From the NCBI GenBank assembly GCA_964567445.1, contig CAZMMR010000002.1:1-35108 (forward strand): DNA of 35,108 bases, in the 5' to 3' direction. This DNA is from an uncultured Pseudomonadales bacterium. Its GTDB lineage: Bacteria > Patescibacteriota > Microgenomatia > UBA1400 > PJMF01. Made by a program: the position numbers and the translations under genes. Below, piece by piece: positions 7,586-14,360 of the stretch (its first letter is position 1; every line of letters starts with the position of its first letter). The notes under the pieces were generated by a model that was not told the DNA's origin, did no database searches, and saw only the letters and a list, made by a program, of their open reading frames with translations.

Positions 7586-9448
7586 TTAACTGGTTAATGA
7601 CACTACTGTTGGTTGTTCCAAACGGATAAAATCCTGATAATCCATAATGACTGATCGATCGTGGCGGCCAACATTAAAGGCAATCGTTTTTTCTTTTTGT
7701 AAATCCCGATCCACATAAGTTTTGAGATTCATGGCAGAACCGAAAGGTGGGATCGAGCCTACATCTAAACCTGTTTTAGCTTTAACACTCTCAATCGAAG
7801 CCATAGCAACTCGCTTAGCCCCAATTTCTTGCTGTAGTGTTTTTAAATTAGCCCGCTTATCTCCAGGTAAAACCAACATAATAAAGTTATCATCAGCCTG
7901 TAGTACTAACGCCTTAGCTGCTTGTGACAATGAAGTCTCTCTGACTTCGGCTGCTTCTTGACTAGTAGTAACAGGCTCATGACTTAAATACTTAAAACTT
8001 ACTCCTTGGTTTTGTAATTTCGACAAGATTCGATCATGAACGGAAGCCTCTTCCTGACTAACTTCAATACCCAATTCCTCCAATTGCTCTGGCTCCACTT
8101 CATTAGGAGCATCCATAACTGCAGTCCGACCAGTTGAGGTCATGGGAAAAGCCACCACTTCTTTTAAAGAATCTTCTCCTGTCAAAAGCATAACCAATCG
8201 ATCTAAACCCAAAGCAATCCCACCATGAGGCGGCGCACCGTGTTGAAAAGCTTCTAGCATATGACCAACACTGGCTTCAATCTGCTCTTGACTGTAACCC
8301 ATAATTTCGAAAGTGGAGCGCAACACCTTGGGATCATGAGCGCGAATACTGCCACCACCGGCTTCATAACCATTGCAAACTAGATCGTACTGAGTGGTTA
8401 AAATCTGGTCTATATTGTTATGTTGAAGATGATCTTGCACAAACTCTGGTTTAGGTTGACTAAAGGGATTATGGGTAAAAGTCCAACCACTCTTGCTATC
8501 CCTAACCTCAGCCGCATCTTTTTTATCCACCTTTTTAAAGAATGGAAAATCAACAACCCAAGCAAAAGCTAGGGTACCATCTTGTTTCTCTTCTTTGGTG
8601 CGCAGATCAAACTTGTCTGCTCCATATTGTTTCATCGCTTCCTGATAAGTAATGACTGGAAACTGCTCTTGTTGCAGCTGACCGCCAACAGCTGTAACCG
8701 CCTGTTTAACTGTGTCTTCGACTAAAGTCATAACTTGTTGTTGAGTAACGAAGCTTAACTCAATATCCAACTGGGTAAACTCAAAGCCACGATCGGCTCT
8801 TAAGTCTTCATCGCGAATACAACGAGCCACCTGAAAGTACCTTTCAAAACCAGCCGCCATTAATAGTTGTTTATACTGTTGAGGAGACTGGGGTAGAGCA
8901 TAAAATTTGCCAGGTTGGAAGCGGGAAGGAACTAGAAAGTCGCGAGCCCCCTCTTTGGTCGACTTAGTAAGCATCGGCGTTTCGATCTCGGCAAAATCTT
9001 CTTGAAATAGTTGTTGACGAAAAGCGTCTATTAGCTGCGAACGAAGTCTAAGATTGTACTGCAGGCGAGGGCGGCGCAGATCGATATAGCGGTATTTTAA
9101 TCTAGGTACTTCATTAATTTCCAAACCATCAGCATCCAGAGAAATCGGTAATTCTCGACAATCATTAAGCAACTGATAGGATTCCACCTTTACTTCTACA
9201 TGGCCAGTTGCTATTTCGGGATTAACATACTGCTCTTGCCGCTTTTTGACTGTGCCCGTTATTTCAATGACTGCTTCGGTTCTGAGTTCAGACAGTTTAT
9301 TAAAGCCAACAATCTGCACTTTACCCGAACGATCCCTAAGATCGATAAAAGTAATCTTGCCGTGATCGCGTTTACTGTCAACCCAACCTTTAAGGGTAAT
9401 TTGTTGTCCAATTAAGTCTTTAGTATCGAGTGACAATGTTCTTTTCAT
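7586..9448 (-). CDS. aspS: Aspartate--tRNA ligase, bacterial type without the GAD insertion, fused to a C-terminal YbaK/ProX-like aminoacyl-tRNA deacylase domain
   Basis: 620 aa. It has an N-terminal OB fold, class II motif 2 (FQVARCIRDEDLRADRGFEFTQLD) and motif 3 (GIALGLDRLVMLL). GADKFDLR is followed only about 15 residues later by AWVVDFPFF, where E. coli AspRS carries a GAD domain of roughly 130 aa. Residues about 468-620 (HEPVTTSQEAAEV...AKALVL...MLVLPGDKRANLKTL...VGSIPPFG...) resemble YbaK/ProX editing domains. Confidence 0.93.
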   Translation of the reverse strand: MKRTLSLDTKDLIGQQITLKGWVDSKRDHGKITFIDLRDRSGKVQIVGFNKLSELRTEAVIEITGTVKKRQEQYVNPEIATGHVEVKVESYQLLNDCRELPISLDADGLEINEVPRLKYRYIDLRRPRLQYNLRLRSQLIDAFRQQLFQEDFAEIETPMLTKSTKEGARDFLVPSRFQPGKFYALPQSPQQYKQLLMAAGFERYFQVARCIRDEDLRADRGFEFTQLDIELSFVTQQQVMTLVEDTVKQAVTAVGGQLQQEQFPVITYQEAMKQYGADKFDLRTKEEKQDGTLAFAWVVDFPFFKKVDKKDAAEVRDSKSGWTFTHNPFSQPKPEFVQDHLQHNNIDQILTTQYDLVCNGYEAGGGSIRAHDPKVLRSTFEIMGYSQEQIEASVGHMLEAFQHGAPPHGGIALGLDRLVMLLTGEDSLKEVVAFPMTSTGRTAVMDAPNEVEPEQLEELGIEVSQEEASVHDRILSKLQNQGVSFKYLSHEPVTTSQEAAEVRETSLSQAAKALVLQADDNFIMLVLPGDKRANLKTLQQEIGAKRVAMASIESVKAKTGLDVGSIPPFGSAMNLKTYVDRDLQKEKTIAFNVGRHDRSVIMDYQDFIRLEQPTVVSLTS

Positions 9449-9455
9449 GGCTAGT

Positions 9456-9461
9456 ATTATA
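9456..9461 (-). promoter_or_regulatory. -10 box TATAAT positioned for a leaderless aspS mRNA
   Basis: The minus strand reads cttacTATAATactagccATG, with 7 nt between the hexamer and the ATG at 9448 and no SD. Confidence 0.45.
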
Positions 9462-9633
9462 GTAAGAAAAGTAGACAGCGACCATGGGAGAAATTTTTAC
9501 TTAGTTGATACCTCAGCAATTTGCAACAAGTCTATATATACACAAAAGGTATTGCATGTTCTACGAGCTAAGAAAAAATTGCTCTTGAAAACAAAAGAGG
9601 TTTGGGGTTTAATAACAGATTGATGTTAGCAAA

Positions 9634-9757
9634 TACCTGGCAACACACCAGCTTTATTAAATACGTTCTTATTCGTAAAGAAAGAGCGTTGGCGGTGTTG
9701 TAGGTAAAAAACTAACAAAAAGAATTTTGCAACCCGCCAAAAAAGGCGGGTTTTTTT
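9634..9757 (+). ncRNA. Putative unannotated structured RNA (long imperfect hairpin plus intrinsic terminator). The 5' end is undefined and may start upstream near 9540.
   Basis: A 5' arm tacctggcaacacaccagc (9634..9652) can pair with gcgttggcggtgttgtaggta (9686..9706) over about 17 bp with small bulges. A canonical terminator follows at 9732..9757. No ORF longer than 25 codons and no SD lie upstream on this strand. Confidence 0.3.
9732..9757 (+). terminator. Rho-independent terminator with no annotated gene upstream on its strand
   Basis: ACCCGCC-aaaaaa-GGCGGGT followed by a T-tract (TTTTTTT). On the minus strand the stem is not followed by a T run, so it is oriented for plus-strand transcripts. 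Confidence 0.75.
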
Positions 9758-9780
9758 GTGGCTAGGTTTTTTAAAGAAAC

Positions 9781-9808
9781 TTGCCCCAGCAAAAGACTGC
9801 AATATTAA
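9781..9808 (+). promoter_or_regulatory. Candidate sigma70-type promoter for the two small ORFs
   Basis: TTGCCC (9781..9786), a 16-nt spacer, then TATTAA (9803..9808). It lies about 25 nt upstream of the ATG at 9834 and just downstream of the terminator. Confidence 0.35.
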
Positions 9809-9833
9809 TTAAGTACAGATGAAAGGAGGCGTC

Positions 9834-10010
9834 ATGTCACCCGCCCAGCAAACAGAACAACTAATGCAAGAGTACCACTTGGCTCTCAGCTTAATGCAGG
9901 AGAAGCAAGACAAACTTTACTGGCATGACCAGAATCTACACGATATGAGTCAGGCCAGAATGAGACTAGCCATTAAGCAAGCCAAACAGAATTATCAATT
10001 TGAAAAGTAG
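9834..10010 (+). CDS. Hypothetical small helical protein (58 aa)
   Basis: The ATG at 9834 is preceded by AAAGGAGG (9822..9829). The track start at 9819 has no SD. Sequence is MSPAQQTEQLMQEYHLALSLMQEKQDKLYWHDQ... and I recognised no family. Confidence 0.5.
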   Translation: MSPAQQTEQLMQEYHLALSLMQEKQDKLYWHDQNLHDMSQARMRLAIKQAKQNYQFEK

Positions 10011-10023
10011 AAAGGAGAAAAAT

Positions 10024-10179
10024 ATGGGAAGAATGGGACCAGAAGCTTTATTGAATTGCAGCGGACCCTATGATCCTGATATCCATGGAGCTCATAAGCG
10101 ACGAAGGGAAATTATACAAGCTAAAAGAGCAGAAGAAGAACAGGATAGTCAAGAAGCTACTCCAACTCCACAATCATAA
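10024..10179 (+). CDS. Hypothetical small protein (51 aa), not in the ORF track
   Basis: My own translation gives MGRMGPEALLNCSGPYDPDIHGAHKRRREIIQAKRAEEEQDSQEATPTPQS, ending at TAA 10177..10179. AAAGGAG (10011..10017) lies 6 nt upstream of the ATG. A GC-rich hairpin follows the ORF. Confidence 0.45.
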   Translation: MGRMGPEALLNCSGPYDPDIHGAHKRRREIIQAKRAEEEQDSQEATPTPQS

Positions 10180-10185
10180 GCAATT

Positions 10186-10207
10186 GGGCGGCCCAAGTGG
10201 GCCGCCC
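10186..10207 (+). terminator. Perfect 9-bp GC-rich hairpin (GGGCGGCCC-aagt-GGGCCGCCC) without a U-tract; possibly an atypical terminator or RNA-stability element
   Basis: The palindrome was read directly and is conspicuous in an AT-rich context. No T run follows it on either strand. Confidence 0.35.
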
Positions 10208-10225
10208 CAACCAAACACGTTCCTT

Positions 10226-10231
10226 TATAAT
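10226..10231 (+). promoter_or_regulatory. -10 box TATAAT positioned for a leaderless or near-leaderless mRNA of the hydrolase gene
   Basis: ttTATAATagcaatgcATG, with 8 nt to the ATG at 10240 and no SD. The -35 position is occupied by the GC hairpin. Confidence 0.4.
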
Positions 10232-10239
10232 AGCAATGC

Positions 10240-11466
10240 ATGAAAAAAACTTGGCTGCTATTTATAATCCCAATCCTAGCTATTTCCACCTACCTCTCCT
10301 ACCGATACTTATCCCAACCAACTCGCACTAGCTTACCCAGACCCTTTCAGGCCAAACCCACTCCCAAACCATTGCCACTCAATAAATATTCACTGCTTAA
10401 TCTTAGAGATTACGACTATCAATCCTCCACCATTACCCTCACTCAGCAGGAACAAACCAACAGCAATTTCAGTCGCTACCTGTTTAACTACCAAACCATG
10501 GGTAAGACCATGACTGGCACTGCTTATCTCCCCACTAATCAAGATAAACAACAGAATTCTCAGACTACTCAGTCTGCCAGCGACAGCTTACAGCAACCAC
10601 TACCGATCATCGTTATGGTTCGTGGCTATGCAACACAAGAACAATACTACCCCGGATTTGGTACCCAACATGCCGCCGAAGTTTTTGCCAAAAATGGCTA
10701 TGTTACCCTAGCTCCTGATTTCTTTGGCTTTGCTCAAGCTGATCCCGCCCCAGATAATAGTTGGGAAGCTCGCTTTATTAAACCCATCAACATTATCGAA
10801 TTAATGAAATCTGTCCAAACCAAACCAGAATTAGAAATTAATTTAGCAGAACTAGAAGAAACCCCTCTTTCTTCTTTAAACCAAAATTCAACCCAAAGTA
10901 TTCAGCTTAATCCCAACCAGATCGGACTCTGGGGTCATAGTAATGGCGGCCAGATTGCTCTTAGTGTCTTGGAAATTATTAAACCAGACGTTCCAACCAC
11001 AGTCTGGGCCCCAGTCACGGCACCTTTTCCCTATTCCATCCTCTTTTTCACTTTCGATAACCCTGATGAAGGCAAAGAGGCGCGAGCTTGGCTGGCACAG
11101 TTTGAACAAGACTATGATGTCTTTGATTTTTCCATTAGCCAGCACCTGGACCAACTCACGGGGCCAATCAACATTCACCATGGCAGTAGCGACCAATCTG
11201 CCCTTATCACCTGGTCTGATTATTTTGTGGATTTGATAGAACAAGAAAACAAAAAGCGTCAACAACTAGCACAAGAACAATCAGAAAAAACTGCTACTCA
11301 GTCTGATGAAATTAAAGACGAACAGCCTCAAACCGAACCAATTATCTTTAACTACTACCAATACCCAGGAGCAGATCATAATTTGCAACCTGCTAGTAAT
11401 TGGAACCTAGCTATCCAGCGCGACTTAGAGTTTTTCTCGTCACACCTTAACTCTCCTAGTAACTAG
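10240..11466 (+). CDS. Membrane-anchored alpha/beta hydrolase, prolyl-oligopeptidase (S9)/dienelactone-hydrolase-like
   Basis: 408 aa with an N-terminal TM helix. It has the nucleophile elbow GLWGHSNGG (GxSxG), then HHGSSDQS and GADHNL, which are candidates for the acid and His of the triad. It also has Q/S-rich low-complexity linkers. Confidence 0.8.
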   Translation: MKKTWLLFIIPILAISTYLSYRYLSQPTRTSLPRPFQAKPTPKPLPLNKYSLLNLRDYDYQSSTITLTQQEQTNSNFSRYLFNYQTMGKTMTGTAYLPTNQDKQQNSQTTQSASDSLQQPLPIIVMVRGYATQEQYYPGFGTQHAAEVFAKNGYVTLAPDFFGFAQADPAPDNSWEARFIKPINIIELMKSVQTKPELEINLAELEETPLSSLNQNSTQSIQLNPNQIGLWGHSNGGQIALSVLEIIKPDVPTTVWAPVTAPFPYSILFFTFDNPDEGKEARAWLAQFEQDYDVFDFSISQHLDQLTGPINIHHGSSDQSALITWSDYFVDLIEQENKKRQQLAQEQSEKTATQSDEIKDEQPQTEPIIFNYYQYPGADHNLQPASNWNLAIQRDLEFFSSHLNSPSN

Positions 11467-11534
11467 CAAAAGCCATTAACCATAGCTAACTACAGACTCG
11501 CCATTAGCCATACTACAGATTAGTCATTTTTCGT

Positions 11535-11540
11535 TATAAT
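11535..11540 (+). promoter_or_regulatory. -10 box TATAAT positioned for a leaderless mRNA
   Basis: cgtTATAATactgatATG, with exactly 6 nt to the ATG at 11547 and no SD. Confidence 0.45.
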
Positions 11541-11546
11541 ACTGAT

Positions 11547-11996
11547 ATGTCGCGTGCTAAATCCCGACTTAAAACCAGAAAAAAAAGGCGGCACAAACAC
11601 AGGCTCAAACTGAAGCTACCTAGTTTTAAACGTTGCAAAAACATTAAAAAAATTGTTAGAGCCTACCGGCAACAGCTACCAACCCTAACAGTTGGACTAG
11701 CTTTTGCTGCAGCTACTTACTGGCTCATTACCACCATTAATCCCATCCAAATCAAACACATTATTCTCCCCAATACCTACCTACCCTTACTACTTTTAGC
11801 TTTCTTAACGATCTTTTTTCTAGCAAGCTTCGTATGGCTAAACAGTCGCAGAGGTTTAATAACTGCAATCATCACCATCTGCTTTCTTTTTTTACAACTA
11901 CAACAAGTAATCATCACTAACACCATTACTATCGCCATTATTGGCCCCCTAGTGCTGTTGGAGTTAATCTTGTCTTTTATCAAGAGCCGATCTTGA
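11547..11996 (+). CDS. Hypothetical membrane protein with an extremely basic N-terminus and three predicted TM helices
   Basis: 149 aa. The N-terminus is MSRAKSRLKTRKKRRHKHRLKLKLPSFKRCKNIKK, followed by three hydrophobic stretches. Confidence 0.6.
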   Translation: MSRAKSRLKTRKKRRHKHRLKLKLPSFKRCKNIKKIVRAYRQQLPTLTVGLAFAAATYWLITTINPIQIKHIILPNTYLPLLLLAFLTIFFLASFVWLNSRRGLITAIITICFLFLQLQQVIITNTITIAIIGPLVLLELILSFIKSRS

Positions 11997-12013
11997 TTTA
12001 TAATAGGAGCATT

Positions 12014-13450
12014 ATGGCTAAAACAGATTCTCACTCAGATCAAACTTTTTACGTTACTACTACCCTGCCTTACGTGAATGCCAACCCCCATATCGGTTTT
12101 GCTCTGGAAATTACAGAAGCTGATGTCATTGCTCGCTACCAACGCCTGCTGGGTAAAGATGTCTTTTTTAACACGGGCACTGATGAACACGGACAAAAAA
12201 TCTATCAAAAAGCCCAAGAACAAAAGCTATCACCACAAGAATATACCGATAAATATTCGCAAAGTTTTAAAAATTTAAAGACACTGCTCAATTTGAGCTT
12301 TACTAAGTTTATTCGTACTACAGACAAAGATCATATTCAGGCAGCACAAACATTCTGGGAACAATCAAAAGCCAATGACGACATTTATAAGGCAACCTAT
12401 AAGGTTAAATACTGTGTGGGATGTGAGCTAGAAAAAACAGACAGTGAGCTAGAAAATGGCCTTTGCCCGCTTCATCCCAACCGTCAACTAGAAATTAGGG
12501 AAGAAGAAAACTACTTTTTTAGATTTTCCAAGTATCAACAACAGTTGCTAGATTATTACCAACAGCATCCGCAGTTTGTTCAGCCTGAAGGTAAGATGAA
12601 AGAGATCACGGCTTTTGTAAAAAGGGGTTTAAAGGATTTTAGTATATCCCGGCTTAAAGAAAAAATGCCTTGGGGAATACCTGTTCCCAATGACGATAAT
12701 CATGTCATGTATGTCTGGTTTGATGCGCTAGTTAACTATATTTCCACTCTCGGTTGGCCTGATGATCAAGATCGGTTTAACCACTACTGGCCTGGTGTTC
12801 AGCTGGCGGGTAAAGATAACTTAAGACAACAGTCAGCCATGTGGCAGGCCATGTTAATGTCGGCTCAACTACCTAACTCTATTAAAATTCTTATTAATGG
12901 CTTTATTAATGTTGAAGGCCAAAAAATGAGCAAGTCTTTGGGTAACGTCATTAGCCCAACGGATATGGTAACTAAATACCAGAGTGAACCAACTCGTTAC
13001 TTGCTTATGTCTCTGGGCACTTTTTCTGAGGATATTGATGTTAGTTGGGATAAGTTTGACGAAAAATATACTGCCGATTTAGCTAACGGCATCGGCAACT
13101 TATGTTCAAGAGTGGCGAAAATGGCTGATACTGAGAACCTAACTTACAAACCAAAAGTACTTAAATTTAACCAAGCTTACAAACAGTTGATGGATAATTA
13201 TCAGCTAACCTCAGCTTTAAACTGGATCATAGATCAAGTAAAACAAGGTGACCAATATTTAAGTAATACTAAGCCGTGGAAAAAAGAGGGAAAAGAAAAA
13301 GTAGAAATTCTAACAAAAGCTGTTATTAGAATTCGCCATATTGCTTATCATCTACAACCTTTCACGCCAAAAACTGCAGAACTGATCTTAGAGCATTTTC
13401 AGGGTGAAGTTAGACAGATGCAACCAATGTTTCCCAGGTTAGATAATTAG
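12014..13450 (+). CDS. metG: Methionine--tRNA ligase (short form, no C-terminal tRNA-binding domain)
   Basis: It has the HIGH-type motif NPHIGFA and the KMSKS motif (GQKMSKSLGN). The start is moved to the ATG at 12014, which is preceded by AGGAG; the track start at 11993 overlaps the upstream gene. Confidence 0.93.
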   Translation: MAKTDSHSDQTFYVTTTLPYVNANPHIGFALEITEADVIARYQRLLGKDVFFNTGTDEHGQKIYQKAQEQKLSPQEYTDKYSQSFKNLKTLLNLSFTKFIRTTDKDHIQAAQTFWEQSKANDDIYKATYKVKYCVGCELEKTDSELENGLCPLHPNRQLEIREEENYFFRFSKYQQQLLDYYQQHPQFVQPEGKMKEITAFVKRGLKDFSISRLKEKMPWGIPVPNDDNHVMYVWFDALVNYISTLGWPDDQDRFNHYWPGVQLAGKDNLRQQSAMWQAMLMSAQLPNSIKILINGFINVEGQKMSKSLGNVISPTDMVTKYQSEPTRYLLMSLGTFSEDIDVSWDKFDEKYTADLANGIGNLCSRVAKMADTENLTYKPKVLKFNQAYKQLMDNYQLTSALNWIIDQVKQGDQYLSNTKPWKKEGKEKVEILTKAVIRIRHIAYHLQPFTPKTAELILEHFQGEVRQMQPMFPRLDN

Positions 13451-13480
13451 CATTACCCCAAGCTAGCTCCACAATCTTTT

Positions 13481-14344
13481 ATGCCAATTTTTGACACTCA
13501 TTGCCACTACAATTTGCAACCGCTCTATTCTGGCCAAACTACAGATTACTTCTCTAGTAAAAAAGTAGGAGAATTAGTTCATCAAAATTGGCGCGATCAC
13601 TGGCAAAAATCTCGAAAAAATAACGTGGTTGCTAGTCTCATTCCAGGAGCAAGTTTAGCCTCTAGCCGCACTGCCATCGACATTGCCCAGCAGGATCCTA
13701 ACCTCTATGCTAGTATCGCCATTCAACCTCACGAGCTCTCAAAAAACACTAAAGCTAAAAAAGTCAATCAGGACTGGCAGCAACTTATTAATTTAGGGGA
13801 TCACGAGCAAGTGGTGGCAATTGGAGAAACAGGCTTAGATTACTATTATTTTAAAAATGACGATGATAAACAAAATATTATCAACAAACAACAGCAACTA
13901 TTTATTAAGCACATTACACTGGCTAATCAAACTAATAAAACCCTCATCATCCACGCTCGAGATAAAAATGAACAAGCTTATAACGATATTTTGTCTTTAA
14001 TTAAAAAACACTATCACTTTAATCAGCCCTTTATTCTTCATTGTGTTTCTGGACCCATAAGCTATATTCAGCAGGCGCTCGGTCTAGGAGCTTACTTATC
14101 ATTTGCCAGCAATGTCACGTATCAATCAGCCCATCATTTACGAAAACTGGTTAAAATAGCACCAGTAGACAAAATTTTACTAGAAACAGACGCTCCTTTT
14201 TTACCACCGGCTGCGTATAGAGGGCAAATTAACCAACCTTTTATGATTAATGACACTGCTCAGTTTATAAAACAAAAATGTAACTTGGATCTTAGTCAAA
14301 TTTTAGCCAACAGTTACCAAGCCTATGGGCTTGATCAAGATTAA
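13481..14344 (+). CDS. tatD: TatD-family metal-dependent hydrolase (DNase)
   Basis: It carries the motifs FDTHCH, IGETGLDYY, IHARD, HCVSG and ETDAPFL. metG-tatD adjacency is a common arrangement. Confidence 0.9.
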   Translation: MPIFDTHCHYNLQPLYSGQTTDYFSSKKVGELVHQNWRDHWQKSRKNNVVASLIPGASLASSRTAIDIAQQDPNLYASIAIQPHELSKNTKAKKVNQDWQQLINLGDHEQVVAIGETGLDYYYFKNDDDKQNIINKQQQLFIKHITLANQTNKTLIIHARDKNEQAYNDILSLIKKHYHFNQPFILHCVSGPISYIQQALGLGAYLSFASNVTYQSAHHLRKLVKIAPVDKILLETDAPFLPPAAYRGQINQPFMINDTAQFIKQKCNLDLSQILANSYQAYGLDQD

Positions 14345-14346
14345 AG

Positions 14347-14352
14347 TATAAT
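14347..14352 (+). promoter_or_regulatory. -10 box TATAAT positioned for a near-leaderless GT2 mRNA
   Basis: aagTATAATaagcaaacATG, with 8 nt to the ATG at 14361 and no SD. Confidence 0.4.
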
Positions 14353-14360
14353 AAGCAAAC

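Noticed and set aside
9505-9542. TTGATA, TTGCAA and TATATA hexamers upstream of the putative RNA, considered as its promoter. I also considered the GCAA-N2-AGTCTAT motif as a -35/-10 pair.
   Set aside because: No combination gives a 16-18 nt spacer (the spacings are 6-10 or 22 nt). I cannot call a promoter here, and the short motif matches alone (13-mers) are within chance expectation for this window.
9449-10239. The strand switch from a minus block to a plus block, plus a long non-coding gap, considered as a possible replication origin.
   Set aside because: I found no DnaA-box cluster or obvious AT-rich unwinding repeats. The gap is better explained by promoters, an orphan terminator/RNA and two small ORFs.
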